The position numbers and the translations under genes are program-made. The notes under the pieces are model-generated. The model was not told the origin of the DNA. It was given only the letters and a program-made list of their open reading frames with translations, and made no database searches. A stretch of 64,000 bases of DNA, taken from Nitrospirota bacterium (lineage in GTDB: Bacteria; Nitrospirota; UBA9217). The stretch covers positions 70,286-134,285 of the forward strand of contig CAVWHO010000016.1 of assembly GCA_963754875.1 (NCBI GenBank), given 5' to 3'. Positions 9,034 through 19,844 of this stretch are shown in pieces; within the stretch, counting starts at the first letter, position 1, and every line of letters begins with the position of its first letter.

Positions 9034-11012
9034 TCAATAGACGCCGATCACTTTTCCCATCTCCGAAATATCATAGCCCCCCATGGCCACGATCTGGTCC
9101 CGGAATGCTTTGTCCTCACGAATGATGGCCAAGAGCGCCTGCATCATGGGCATGTCATAGAACTCCTGTCGTGATTGCCAGATCATACCGCTCCTGCGCC
9201 ACAGGGATGAAATCCAGCTGGAGCGCCTGGGCTGCAGAGAGTACGGCAAGCCCCGTATCCGCTGCCCCGGAGAGCACGGCGGCAGCCACGGCCATGTGCG
9301 TAAATTCCTCGTGATCATACCCTTTTACATTCTTTGGGTCAATCTTTAATCGTTTCAAGTACAGGTCCGTCAGAAGCCGCGTGCCTGCGCCGGCCTGGCG
9401 GTTCACAAAGACCACGTCCTCGCGCACAAGGTCTTCGAATCCTTTGATGCCCTTCGGATTGCCTTGGGGAACAATGAAGCCCTGGGTCCGGTACACGAGG
9501 TTAATGAGCACGGTTTTTTGGTCCAGGAAGCATTTTTTTGATATAGCTTACGTTATATTCCCCCGTCTCCTCGTCAAGAAGATGGGTCCCGGCGAGATGG
9601 GCCTCCCGGCGCTTCAGCGCCAACAGCCCGCCCATGCTGCCCACATGGGCCGAGGAGAACGAAAACTCGGGATGTTTTTTCTTGAGGAAGTTCGCAAGCA
9701 CGTCGAGCACATTGTCGTGAGAGCCGATACAGACGATCGTGTTCTCGATATCGTGGGAAGAACGAAGCAGTTCGACCGTTACCTCGTGGTTCGATGCAAT
9801 ACCCTCGCTCGAGGCCGGTACGCGGATGATGCCGTCAGCGCGTACGAGCGACATGAGTGCCCCGGCCCCCCGGGTCACTGGCGTGGCGATCAGGTTCCCT
9901 GCGACGCTGCCGAGCTTGACGCGGATGAATTCCTCCTGCCCCAGCGATGACGCCACCTGGCGGCTCAGCTTTGCCGTAATCGTTCCCGGGTTAGGAGGCA
10001 TAGTGCCGAGGAGGGCGTAGATGAGCGGCTTGACGAAGAGATTGAACGTGAGCGCTGCCGAGACCGGATATCCGGGGATGCCGACGACCGGTTTCCCATT
10101 CACGATGCCCAGAATGACCGGCTTCCCGGGTTTGATCGCGACACCGTGCACAACGACCTTGCCAAGGTCGGCGATCACATCGGAGGTAAAATCCTCTCTC
10201 CCGGCTGACGAGCCGGCGTTGATCACCACGATATCCGAGTCAGCGAGTGCAGCAAGAATCGTCTTGCGCAGGAGAGCGGCATCGTCCTTGACGATGTTCT
10301 TGCGAATCGCATGGGCGCCACACTCGCTCGCCATCGCGGACAGCATGGTTGAATTGAAATCGATGATATCGCCCTTTTTGGGTAGGCTCCCCGGATCGAC
10401 CAGCTCCGTTCCCGTAGGGATGATCGAGACAACGGGCCGCGGTCGCAACATGACTGAGGTATGCCCGCTCGCGATCATGGCGGCCATGTCCACAGGACGG
10501 ACCACGTGGTTCTCGGAGATGATGAGCTCCGTTGCAACGATGTCCTCGCCCACGAGCCGCACATGCTGCCACGGAGTGGACGGCTTCAAAATTTCGATCT
10601 CGGAGTCGGAAACTTTTTCCACGTCCTCGATCATGATCACGGCGTTAAACTCATCGGGCAGGGGATCGCCGGTGTCGATGGCAACGGCCTGGGTCGGTAC
10701 TGTGAGGCGTTTGGGTCTTGTTTCTGCGGCGCCGAAGGTGTCGATGAACCGGACGGCGTAACCGTCCATAGCAGCGGAATGGTAAAAGGGCGACGAGATT
10801 TTCGCGATCACGGCCTCGGACGTGACCCGGCCGAGCGCATCGCCTACTTGTATGCGTTCTCCTCCAAGCGATCCGCCAAGAACGGCGGTTTTGAGCGCTT
10901 CTTGATATTTCCGGATTGCATCGGCAAGCGGCTCGTTATCGAGATATTTTTTTTGCTTGAATGCCATATTGAGTGACCTGTCTGTTTCGCGGGGGTTATC
11001 CCGCCATCCCAC
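9034..11012 (-). pseudogene. moeA: MoeA molybdopterin molybdotransferase fused to a C-terminal periplasmic-binding-protein-like (PBP_like) domain, interrupted by two frameshifts (or base-call errors)
   Basis: The 503-aa ORF 9501-11012 is MoeA (MDGYAV..., GGVSMG-type fold, ...GIPGYPVSAALTF...) continuing into the first half of a PBP-like domain (CIGSHDNVLDVLANFLKK...YIKKMLPGPKN). The rest of that domain continues in a second frame (LINLVYRTQGFIVPQGNPKGIKGFEDL...FIPVAQERYDL, ORF 9155-9511) and a third frame (AIIREDKAFRDQIVAMGGYDISEMGKVIGVY, ORF 9034-9318). Removing one base in the run ccaaaaaacc near 9510-9520 restores ...PKNVLINLV... Confidence 0.65.
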
Positions 11013-11096
11013 GGTGCGTGATCAGCACAACCTCCGACTGGCGAGGCGAGGTTTTTTTGTTTCGACCTGTCACGGTGCCTCTGTGGCGAACATCCT

Positions 11097-12377
11097 TTAA
11101 AACAATCTCACTTCCACTTCTTCACCTGCTTCGATCCCGATTTTTTTTATTGGCACAACTACCGTGCCCACCGCCTTGACCAGCGTGCTGATAAGCCCTG
11201 AAGCGCCGAAGATGGGCCGGGCCCAGAGCCCGTCGTCCCGTTTTTCGAGCGCTACGCGAACATGGTCCTCGCGGCCGGGGCTGGAGGCGATACTTCGCGC
11301 GAGACGCGCCCTGACCGTGCGATAGGGCGTTACATTTTCGAGTGCAGGATCAAGGATCTCGCCGGCCAGACGGGTGAGTACCGGCTTAACAAAAAGCTCG
11401 AAGCAGATGCTGACTGCTGCCGGGTGGCCGGGCAATCCGAAGATCGGGACAAGGCCGTGGGACGACCCGACGAGGCCGACGACAAGGGGCTTGCCCGGTT
11501 TGATCGAAACACCGTGCACAAGTACGCCGGGCTGACCTGCACCGTTGATCACTTTTGCAGTGAGATCAGCCGTGCCGACCGAACTTCCGCCGGTCATCAG
11601 GACAAGAGCGCTGTCCTTGACCGCTCCATCGAGCGTTTGCCGCAGGCTTTCGTACTCGTCACGGATGATGCCCTTCTTCACCGGTTCGCCGTAACATTGC
11701 CTTATCAGACCTTCTAAATTATAAGAATTGCTGTCTCGTATCTGGCCCGGTCCTAGGGCCGCGTCTGCAGGTACGATCTCATTCCCCGTCGAGATAATGG
11801 CCACTTTCGGTTTTTTGAAAACACTGATGCTCATGATGCCCACGCTTGCGAGCGCCGACATGTCCTGAGGGCGCATGCGGTGGCCGCGGCCGAGGATGGT
11901 CTCGTCTTGTTTGATGTCGTCTCCGGCCTGGACGATATTTTCCAGCGGTGCAACGGACTTCACGACTTCGATATTACCGGCATCGACGGACTGGGTCTGC
12001 TCGAACATGACGACTGCATCGCCGCCCTTCGGCAGTGCGCCGCCGGTGGCGATCTTCATGGCTTCGCCTTTGGCAAGGGTACGATCCGGCATAGTCCCCA
12101 TAAGGATATCGCCCACGACATGAAGAAAAGCCGGCCGCGATTCTGCGGCTCCGAACGTGTCTGCGCTGCTAACCGCATATCCGTCCATGGTAGACCGGTC
12201 AAACTCGGGAAGGTTCGAAGGGGAGATAATGTCATTCGCGAGGACACGTCCCAAAGCGGAGCTGATCGAAATCTCTTCCGTGGAAAGGCCAGGGAGGACA
12301 AAGTGCTCGTTCAGGATCTTGAGTGCATCCTCACGGGTAATAACACCGCTCCTGCCAAGCATGTCTTTAACGGTCAT
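11097..12377 (-). CDS. moeA: MoeA molybdopterin molybdotransferase (second paralog, no C-terminal extension)
   Basis: 426 aa. STMDGYAV, GDD, IISTGNEIV, LMTGGSSVGTADL and GLPGHPAAVSICFELFV motifs are typical of MoeA/gephyrin E-domain proteins. Confidence 0.85.
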   Translation of the reverse strand: MTVKDMLGRSGVITREDALKILNEHFVLPGLSTEEISISSALGRVLANDIISPSNLPEFDRSTMDGYAVSSADTFGAAESRPAFLHVVGDILMGTMPDRTLAKGEAMKIATGGALPKGGDAVVMFEQTQSVDAGNIEVVKSVAPLENIVQAGDDIKQDETILGRGHRMRPQDMSALASVGIMSISVFKKPKVAIISTGNEIVPADAALGPGQIRDSNSYNLEGLIRQCYGEPVKKGIIRDEYESLRQTLDGAVKDSALVLMTGGSSVGTADLTAKVINGAGQPGVLVHGVSIKPGKPLVVGLVGSSHGLVPIFGLPGHPAAVSICFELFVKPVLTRLAGEILDPALENVTPYRTVRARLARSIASSPGREDHVRVALEKRDDGLWARPIFGASGLISTLVKAVGTVVVPIKKIGIEAGEEVEVRLF

Positions 12378-12481
12378 GAATTACCCCAAGATGAAACAAA
12401 TGAACCGTGAAGGTGTACGGTACCTGATGTTTTTTTATGATCGGAGCGTCCTTGCGGTTCGGTATTTATTTTATTGAGGAC

Positions 12482-13414
12482 TTACTTTCCTGCCGCCTTC
12501 GTCTTCAACTTGCGTACATAGGATGCAGCGCGCATGCCGGCAACGGACCCTTCACCGGCCGCTGCCACGATCTGCATGCCGCCGCAGGTGCAGTCCCCCG
12601 CCGCAAACACGCCGTCGAGGTTCATCCGCTGGTGTTTATCGACAATCAGGCAGCCGCGGTCATCGGTCAGACCTCCTGCCTTCAGGATAAGCTGCGAAAT
12701 GGGTGTGGAGCCCATGGCGATGAACACGCCTTCGAGGTCCAACACGGTCTCCGCGCTGTCGCGGCTGATCCGAAGTCCGGTGACCAGTTCATCGCCGACG
12801 ACCGCGTGGATCTTTGAGACCGGCAGAATTTCGACGTTCGATTTGGACTTGAGCCTGTTCATGACCGCAGTCACAACATTGAGTTCCCTGTGCGGGACCA
12901 TGATCACTTTCTCCGCGAGGTCGGCCAGGTGAAGCGCTTCTTCTGCCGCTTCATCATCGGCGCCAACGACCGCCACGGTTCGTCCTTTAAAGAAGTTGCC
13001 GTCGCAGGTTGCACAATAGGACACACCCTTGCCGAGGAACTCCTTGGCGCCGGGCACTTCAAGCTTCTTCCTGGCCACGCCGATTGCGATGATCACAACG
13101 TGGGCTTCGTACACCTCATCACGCGTGCGTACCCGCTTTACCTCGGACTGCAGTTCCATGTCCACGACTTCCACGGGAAAGGTTATCGTCGCGCCGAATT
13201 TTTCAGCTTGTTTTGCCATGATCTGGGTCAAATCCATGCCGTTGATGGTTTCATACCCTGGATAATTTTCGATGTGCGCGATCTTGGCCGTATAACCACC
13301 GACGAAATCTTTTTCCAGCACGATACATTTCTGGCCTGCTCTGCCGAGATAGAGTGCCGCAGTCAGCCCTGCCGGGCCGGAACCGATGATGATTACGTCA
13401 TAAAACTGTGCCAT
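12482..13414 (-). CDS. trxB: Thioredoxin reductase-like FAD/NAD(P)-dependent disulfide oxidoreductase
   Basis: 310 aa. The N-terminal FAD fold is YDVIIIGSGPAGLTAALY. The redox-active CATC in VSYCATCDG is present. A second Rossmann GRTVAVVGADDEAAEEA and the C-terminal GVFAAGDC are also present. Confidence 0.8.
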   Translation of the reverse strand: MAQFYDVIIIGSGPAGLTAALYLGRAGQKCIVLEKDFVGGYTAKIAHIENYPGYETINGMDLTQIMAKQAEKFGATITFPVEVVDMELQSEVKRVRTRDEVYEAHVVIIAIGVARKKLEVPGAKEFLGKGVSYCATCDGNFFKGRTVAVVGADDEAAEEALHLADLAEKVIMVPHRELNVVTAVMNRLKSKSNVEILPVSKIHAVVGDELVTGLRISRDSAETVLDLEGVFIAMGSTPISQLILKAGGLTDDRGCLIVDKHQRMNLDGVFAAGDCTCGGMQIVAAAGEGSVAGMRAASYVRKLKTKAAGK

Positions 13415-13610
13415 GCAAATCCCTCCTTGATGCCGATGAATACTCCATTTTATCCGAGAGCTGGGGACAAGTCAACTGCGTAAACGTTTTTGAAGTTTGA
13501 GAGAGCGGGTCCTGTCCCGGGAGTAACCAGAAAAGTGATGCTTGTTCTCTTCTTGTCTTGCGGAGAACGTCGCGATTCGGGTACTATGGTGCGATGCCAG
13601 AGGAGGGTTC

Positions 13611-13784
13611 ATGACAAAGGAAAAATTAATTGACGCGATTCGGTCCGGAACGGTTGACAACCGGCTCAGCTGCGAAAAGGCGCATGAGCTGTCTGCTGCG
13701 CTGCGCATCCCGTTACGGGAGATCGGCGTGCTTTGCAACGAATTGAAAATAAAAATATCCACCTGCCAGCTCGGCTGTTTTTAA
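13611..13784 (+). CDS. Small (57-aa) Cys-containing hypothetical protein
   Basis: The ATG at 13611 is preceded by GGAGGG. MTKEKLIDAIRSGTVDNRLSCEKAHELSAALRIPLREIGVLCNELKIKISTCQLGCF has four Cys spaced C-x20-C-x9-C-x3-C. The function is not recognised. Confidence 0.35.
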   Translation: MTKEKLIDAIRSGTVDNRLSCEKAHELSAALRIPLREIGVLCNELKIKISTCQLGCF

Positions 13785-13904
13785 CTTTGGCCACGAACGC
13801 GTTCGCTGGTGCACGGACACGGGCATCTGTCTTAGCCCGTAATGATAAGCGGTGAATGCTCTCGCTGGTTCAAGGTTCACGGGGAAATAGGCCAGGTTGG
13901 GGAA

Positions 13905-15063
13905 TCAGGAGATAGAGGTAGGGCCTGGGGAACTCTGGTCGCCCCTTATGCCGGGCATGGTCAACTTGTCGCAGTAACAGGTGACTCTGTTCTTGCCCAA
14001 TGATTTCGACCGGTAGAGAGCTATATCGGCTTCGTGGATCAGCTCGGAGACCGGCTTCATCGAGTCCACTTCCATGGTAGCGACGCCGAGACTGACGGTC
14101 ACTCTTTCATTCGGGTGGGCGACTTTTACGGTAAAGGGATACTCATCAACGGATTTTCGTACGCGTTCGGCAACTGCCATGGCTTCTTCGATGTCGGTCT
14201 CCGTGAGCAGGACGGAAAATTCCTCGCCGCCGTACCGGAAGCAGGTGTCAGTGCTGCCGGTCCGGCATGCCGCTTTCAGCAACGGGCCCATCTGCGCGAT
14301 CAGCCTGCTTCCTTCGAGGTGCCCGTAGCGGTCATTGATCCGTTTGAAATCGTCAATATCGATCATGATGAACGAAAACTCGCGGCCGGTTCGAAGCTTC
14401 CTGCGCACCTCGTCGTCAAGTTTTTCGAGCAGCACACGGTAGTTTAACATCCCCGTCAATTCATCTACCCGCGAAAGTTCAAGAGTCTTTCGAAAGAGTT
14501 CCGCCTTCTCCAACCCGGCCGAGATGAGGTGGGACAGGGTCCGGAGAAGGTCGAAATCCTCGACCCGAAATGCCGACGTTTTACTATGGCTGAATCCCAT
14601 GACGCCGACAATGCGGTTTTCATTCTTGAGCGGAATGCCGATATAACTGCCGTAGTCTTTCTGCTCATCGGGGTGGTGCAGAAAACTATCGAATAGGGCG
14701 GTGTCATCCAGAAAGAGCGGCTCGCCGCTGGCGGCAATAGTGCCCGGCGCCCCGTTATCGAAGTAGATGACGTCCTTCATTTTTGACTGCGAGGAGGGGA
14801 TTATACAGGAGGATCGGTTCCAGTCCCGTCAGGTCTTTTTTTACGATGTACACGGAAGCATCTTCAAAAATGATGGTCTTGCCTATGATGGCGACTATTT
14901 TTTGGATCAGTTCGGTCGGTTCGAGTTCCGACGCGATGATTTTCCCGACCTCATAAAAAAGATGAGTCTCCGTCAGTTTTCGGTAGAAGAGGGTCTTGAA
15001 ATCCCGTTCTCCGGCAGACGGCGTACCGAGTTTTTCCGCGGTTTTTTTCACTTTTGGCATCAC
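13905..15063 (-). pseudogene. GAF-GGDEF diguanylate cyclase, split by a +1 frameshift at an A5/T5 run near 14776-14786
   Basis: ORF 14755-15063 encodes the first half of a GAF domain (IIFEDASVYIVKKDLTGLEPILLYNPLLAVK). ORF 13905-14780 continues it (DVIYFDNGAPGTIAASGEPLFLDD...) into a GGDEF domain (RYGGEEFSVLL with the RxGGEEF-type active site). Deleting one A in gtcaaaaatgaagg fuses the two pieces into one uninterrupted ORF. Confidence 0.65.
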
Positions 15064-15354
15064 CCACCTGCTCGATCCATAAAATGGGTACTTCTACAAA
15101 AGGAGTATACCACATTTTTATTTTTTAAACCACAATTAATTTTCATTTTTTCTGCTTAAAACTTTTTGTTCATTAAAATGCTACTTTCTGTCTGTTCCAG
15201 CGGGCAATAGCCGTAGTTATGGCGGTACTTGACAAGTTTCGCGGGCGCTCGACGGAATCATGGACAGGCCGCATCAGACAGGCCGAATGCCGCTTGGGAA
15301 ATATGCTCTCTCTAAAGGACGAGGTCGGCAGTTCCCGTTTCGGCTACTCAAACA

Positions 15355-17955
15355 TCATAACGCTCCAACCGTCTGAACGCCCGTTCTGAAAACGAGATGT
15401 CTGTTCTCGCGGTCGATAACCACCCGCGTTCCTTCCTTCACTTCCCCGGAAAGGATCTTCGAGGCAAGCGTATTCAAAATTTCCCGCTGGATCACCCGCT
15501 TGAGCGGCCGTGCGCCGTACATGAGGTCGAAGCCATCTTCGGCCATCAGCTCTTTCGCACCGTCGGTAAGTTCGATCTCTATTTTCTTGTCCGCCAGCCG
15601 CTTCTGGACCTGACCGACCTGGATCGCAACGATCTTTTTCAACACCTCCGCATCGAGTGGATGGAAGATGATCGTGTCATCGACGCGGTTCAGGAATTCA
15701 GGCCGGAAGTGCTGTCGCATCGCCTCCGTCACGCGTCTCCGCATCTCGTCCTCGTCGTTCTGGAGGTCCTGAATATATTGACTCCCGATGTTCGACGTCA
15801 TGATGACCACCGTGTTCTTAAAATCCACTGTCCGTCCCTGGCCGTCGGTAAGCCTGCCGTCGTCAAGGAGCTGGAGCAAAACGTTAAACACTTCGGGATG
15901 CGCTTTCTCGATCTCGTCGAAGAGAATCACGGCATAGGGCCTGCGACGGACCGCTTCGGTAAGCTGTCCCCCTTCTTCATACCCGACGTATCCGGGAGGA
16001 GCTCCGATCAGGCGGGAAACCGTATGTCGCTCCTGGTATTCGGACATGTCGATGCGTATCATGGCCTGCTCGTCGTCGAAAAGAAACTCGGCAAGCGCAC
16101 GCGCGAGTTCGGTTTTGCCCACACCCGTGGGCCCCATGAAGATGAAGCTCCCGATCGGCCGGTTCGGGTCCTGGATCCCTGCGCGGGCACGGCGCACTGC
16201 ATCGGACACGGCAATGATCGCGTCGTCCTGGCCGATGACACGCATGCGCAGGCGGTCCTCCATATGAAGGAGCTTCTGCATCTCGCCCTCGAGCATCTTG
16301 CTCACCGGAATACCGGTCCACTTGGACACGATCTCCGCCACGTCCTCCTCGTCAACTTCCTCTTTCAGGATCTTTGTCTCGGCCTGCACGGCACTCAGTT
16401 TGACCGATTCCGCGTCGAGCTGCTTCTGCAAATCGAGCAGCTTGCCGTAGCGCAGTTCCGCCGCACGGCCGAGATTGCCTTCCCGTTCGGCCTTCTCAGC
16501 TTCGATCTTGGCCTTTTCGATCTGTTCCTTGGTGCCCCGTATTTTCTGGATGCCCTCTTTTTCCGATTGCCACTGCGCCCTGAGGCCGCTTTTCTTTTCA
16601 CCGAGCTCGGCGATTTCCTTCTCTATCTTCGCGAGCCGCTCGCGCGAGGCCGGATCATGCTCTTTTTTTACGGCTTCGCGTTCGATCTCGAGCTGCCGCG
16701 TCCTGCGTTCGACCTCATCAAGTTCGGTCGGCATGCTGTCGATCTCCATACGGAGGCGCGAGGCTGCTTCATCTATCAGATCAATGGCCTTGTCGGGAAG
16801 GAACCGGTCGGCAATATAGCGGTGCGAAAGGATCGCCGCGCTCACCAGCGCCGCATCCTTGATCTTGACGCCATGGTGGATCTCATAGCGCTCCTTGAGA
16901 CCGCGCAGAATGGATATTGAGTCCTCGACTGATGGTTCGCGCACAAGTACCGGCTGGAACCGCCGTGCGAGCGCCGGATCTTTCTCAATGTGCTTGCGGT
17001 ATTCGTTCAAGGTCGTTGCGCCCACGCACCGGAGTTCGCCGCGGGCAAGGGCCGGTTTCAGCATGTTCGATGCGTCCATGGCGCCTTCGGCTGCCCCTGC
17101 TCCCACGACGGTATGGAGCTCGTCAATGAATAAAATCACCTCGCCGCTCGCTTCGGTCACTTCCTTGAGAACCGCCTTGAGCCGGTCCTCAAATTCGCCG
17201 CGGTATTTTGCGCCGGCAATGAGGGCACCCATGTCGAGCGCAATGACGCGTTTGTCCTTGAGCCCCTCAGGCACGTCACCGGAGACGATACGCTGCGCGA
17301 GCCCCTCGGCGATCGCGGTCTTGCCCACGCCCGGCTCGCCGATAAGCACCGGGTTGTTCTTGGTCCTGCGGGAAAGCACCTGGACCACGCGCCGGATCTC
17401 TTCATCCCTGCCGATCACGGGATCGAGCTTGCCACGCCTGGCCAGATCGGTCAGATCCCGCCCATAACGGGCCAGGGCCTGGTACTTGTCTTCGGGATTC
17501 TGGTCCGTAACACGCTGGCTGCCGCGGATATCGACGAGGACCGTAAAGATCGCGTCTTTGGTAACCCCGTGCCTCGCAAGAATGTCCCGGGCCGCGCCGT
17601 CGCCGTCTGCAGCCGCGATCAGGAGATGTTCGGTGCTCACATATTCGTCCTTCAGCCGCTCAGCTTCCTGTTCGGCACGCTCGAACAACTTGCCGAGACG
17701 CGGAGAGAGATAGGTCTGCACCAGCCCTTCGACTTTCGGAAGTCTGTTTAAAACATCCTCAATATCCCCCTTGATCCTCCCCGGGTCTGCACCCAGTTTT
17801 TTGAGCAGGGGAGGAACAACCCCATCCGTCTGCTCAAGCAGCGCGAGCAGGAGATGTTCCGTTTCAATGTGCTGATGATGCCGCTTCGCCGCGCCGTCTT
17901 GCGCTGTTTGCAGTGCCTCTGACGCTTTCAACGTTAATTTATCGAACCGTGCCAT
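15355..17955 (-). CDS. clpB: ClpB AAA+ disaggregase chaperone
   Basis: Two AAA+ modules ([15 protein letters not shown] and [15 protein letters not shown]), a long middle coiled-coil and the Clp N-domain. The start is set at the ATG of MARFDKLT (17955), which is preceded by GGAGG. The ORF track extends it 7 codons further upstream. Confidence 0.93.
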   Translation of the reverse strand: MARFDKLTLKASEALQTAQDGAAKRHHQHIETEHLLLALLEQTDGVVPPLLKKLGADPGRIKGDIEDVLNRLPKVEGLVQTYLSPRLGKLFERAEQEAERLKDEYVSTEHLLIAAADGDGAARDILARHGVTKDAIFTVLVDIRGSQRVTDQNPEDKYQALARYGRDLTDLARRGKLDPVIGRDEEIRRVVQVLSRRTKNNPVLIGEPGVGKTAIAEGLAQRIVSGDVPEGLKDKRVIALDMGALIAGAKYRGEFEDRLKAVLKEVTEASGEVILFIDELHTVVGAGAAEGAMDASNMLKPALARGELRCVGATTLNEYRKHIEKDPALARRFQPVLVREPSVEDSISILRGLKERYEIHHGVKIKDAALVSAAILSHRYIADRFLPDKAIDLIDEAASRLRMEIDSMPTELDEVERRTRQLEIEREAVKKEHDPASRERLAKIEKEIAELGEKKSGLRAQWQSEKEGIQKIRGTKEQIEKAKIEAEKAEREGNLGRAAELRYGKLLDLQKQLDAESVKLSAVQAETKILKEEVDEEDVAEIVSKWTGIPVSKMLEGEMQKLLHMEDRLRMRVIGQDDAIIAVSDAVRRARAGIQDPNRPIGSFIFMGPTGVGKTELARALAEFLFDDEQAMIRIDMSEYQERHTVSRLIGAPPGYVGYEEGGQLTEAVRRRPYAVILFDEIEKAHPEVFNVLLQLLDDGRLTDGQGRTVDFKNTVVIMTSNIGSQYIQDLQNDEDEMRRRVTEAMRQHFRPEFLNRVDDTIIFHPLDAEVLKKIVAIQVGQVQKRLADKKIEIELTDGAKELMAEDGFDLMYGARPLKRVIQREILNTLASKILSGEVKEGTRVVIDRENRHLVFRTGVQTVGAL

Positions 17956-18063
17956 GCTAACCTCCGTATGAATCAACGAGAGACGACAAATCCTGATGGA
18001 TATCGTTCGCTGCGCTCACTCGGATGATGGACGAAAACCTTTGCGCCCTTCATCCTTCGTCCC

Positions 18064-18444
18064 TCATCCCTCGTTTCTAATAATCCGGATCCTTCTCACC
18101 GGCACGAGGGCGTTCCGCAGCTCTTCCCTGCGCCTCATCTCGCGGGCAAGTTCCTCGCGGAGCTGCAGAATAGTATCCTCCATTTCCTTCTGCATCTGCT
18201 CCATTTTCTCGCGCATCGAGAGAATAACTTCCACACCGGCGAGGTTCACGCCGAGTTCCCTCGTGAGCCGCAGGATCATCTCGAGCTTTTCTACGTCTTC
18301 CTCGGAATAAAGCCGCGTGTTCCCATCGCTCCGCTTGGGCTTGATGAATCCCTCACGCTCGTAAAGCCTGAGTGTCTGGGGATGGATCCCCAGCATCTCC
18401 GACACGACGCTGATCATGAATAGCCGGTGCTCACGCGATGCCAT
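18064..18444 (-). CDS. hspR: HspR-like MerR-family heat-shock repressor
   Basis: MASREHRLFMISVVSEMLGIHPQTLRLYEREGFIKPKRSDGNTRLYSEEDVEKLEMILRLTRELGVNLAGVEVIL is a MerR HTH highly similar to HspR, with a C-terminal charged coiled-coil. It sits between dnaJ and clpB. The start is the ATG at 18444, preceded by AAAGGA. Confidence 0.75.
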   Translation of the reverse strand: MASREHRLFMISVVSEMLGIHPQTLRLYEREGFIKPKRSDGNTRLYSEEDVEKLEMILRLTRELGVNLAGVEVILSMREKMEQMQKEMEDTILQLREELAREMRRREELRNALVPVRRIRIIRNEG

Positions 18445-18519
18445 AATTTGTTCCTTTTGTACCAAGACAACCATGTTGCCGTTTTTTTATTTACGCCGAC
18501 GCGGTCGGCTCGCTCCACA

Positions 18520-19650
18520 TTACCTTTTCCTGAACCCCCTGAAGGTAATAGCGCTCCTCGGGTTGGAAGGGTGTAATCGGTCAAGCTCCCGAAGGAGTTC
18601 CTTGCCTCGATCAGAAAGTCCTATCGGCGTAACGACTTTAATCGTCACGTAGTGGTCACCTACGCCTACGCCGCCGAAATGGGGCACGCCTTTGCCTTTC
18701 AGTTTCATCTGTTGGCCCGTCTGCACCCCCTCCGGAAGGGTCAGAGATACGATTCCGTCAACCGTCGGGATCTCGATTTTCTCTCCCAGCGCAGCTTCCT
18801 TGACGGTAACGCTTGATTCCGAATACAGATTATCGCCTTTCCGTTCGAAATAGGGGTGCGACCTCACCTTGGTTACAATATATACATCACCCGGAGGTCC
18901 GCCTTTTTCGCCGGGACCGCCTAAGCCTGCCATACGTACTTTGGAACCGTTGTCAACACCCGGAGGGATCTTCACACTGATCCGGTCCGCCTTGGACGTA
19001 ACTCCCCGGCCCGCGCAGTTCTTGCAAGGATTCTGATTGATTGTTCCTTCGCCGCGGCAGGTGGGACAGGGCTGCGCGATTTGCATGAATCCTCTGCCCT
19101 GCGAGATGCTCCCTGTGCCCATACACGTCGGGCAGGTACGGGGCGTGGTCCCCGGCTGCGCACCTGAGCCGTTGCAGACCGTACACGTTACTTCACGCTG
19201 AAGGTCAACCTGCATGGTTTTACCGAGGATTGCATCCTCCAGGTCGACCTCGACGGCATAGGTAATGTCCTCACCTTTTACCGGTCCCCGCTGTCTTGCG
19301 CGCTCACTGAATATATTGCCGAATATGTCCTCAAAGCCGCGAACGCCGGAAAAACCAGCGTTGCGCCCAAACCCTTCAAACCCCTGCCCAGGACCGGCAC
19401 CTTGTCCAAAACTCTGATCAAATGCAGCATGGCCGAACTGATCGTACTGCTTTTTCTTTTTTGCGTCCGAGAGTACCTCATAAGCTTCATTGATTTCCTT
19501 AAACTTCCCCTCGGAAACTTTATCTCCAGGGTTGACATCTGGATGGTATTTTCTCGCGAGTTTTCTGAATGCCTTCTTTATTTCAGATTCAGTAGCGCCT
19601 TTTTTTATGCCGAGGAGCTCGTAATAATCTTTTTTTGTCGTTGGTCCCAT
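18520..19650 (-). CDS. dnaJ: DnaJ (Hsp40) co-chaperone
   Basis: J-domain ([33 protein letters not shown]), G/F-rich region, and four CxxCxGxG zinc-finger repeats ([32 protein letters not shown]). Confidence 0.92.
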   Translation of the reverse strand: MGPTTKKDYYELLGIKKGATESEIKKAFRKLARKYHPDVNPGDKVSEGKFKEINEAYEVLSDAKKKKQYDQFGHAAFDQSFGQGAGPGQGFEGFGRNAGFSGVRGFEDIFGNIFSERARQRGPVKGEDITYAVEVDLEDAILGKTMQVDLQREVTCTVCNGSGAQPGTTPRTCPTCMGTGSISQGRGFMQIAQPCPTCRGEGTINQNPCKNCAGRGVTSKADRISVKIPPGVDNGSKVRMAGLGGPGEKGGPPGDVYIVTKVRSHPYFERKGDNLYSESSVTVKEAALGEKIEIPTVDGIVSLTLPEGVQTGQQMKLKGKGVPHFGGVGVGDHYVTIKVVTPIGLSDRGKELLRELDRLHPSNPRSAITFRGFRKR

Positions 19651-19687
19651 AATGTATGCATACCTCTAATAATGTTATTATGTTAGT

Positions 19688-19716
19688 ATTATAAAATATG
19701 AGTGCATCATTGTCAA
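19688..19716 (-). promoter_or_regulatory. Consensus sigma-70 promoter for dnaJ-hspR-clpB: TTGACA, 17-nt spacer, TATAAT
   Basis: The minus strand reads gctatacTTGACAatgatgcactcatatttTATAATactaac... about 30 nt upstream of the dnaJ ATG. Confidence 0.6.
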
Positions 19717-19844
19717 GTATAGCAAAAAAAATTATGGTAGCGTATAACCACCATAAAGCAATACTTTCAAAAAAATGAGTACTATTACCCACTTTTATAT
19801 ACTTTTTAGCATTTTTTACATCAAACTAACTATTTCTTGACTGT

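Noticed and set aside
13472-13762. Minus-strand 96-aa ORF overlapping the small plus-strand Cys protein, plus other 60-110-aa ORFs (e.g. 5..295, 282..632, 681..1031, 5186..5440, 21159..21449, 61657..61965).
   Set aside because: No RBS or motif. They overlap better-supported genes or lie in leaders. They are consistent with random open frames.
15397-16920. Long ORFs antisense to real genes. Examples: 507 aa opposite clpB, 335 aa at 52238-53245 opposite ftsH, 297 aa at 25729-26622 and others inside the giant gene, 246 aa at 10021-10761 opposite moeA, 295 aa at 33178-34065 opposite aspS, 263 aa at 3777-4568 opposite the kinase, 377 aa at 47379-48512 opposite the ChaN-like gene, and 248 aa at 38966-39712 opposite the hybrid kinase.
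   Set aside because: They lie antisense to strongly supported conserved genes, and their translations are low-complexity Arg/Pro/Gly-rich strings typical of open frames in GC-rich DNA. No motifs are present.
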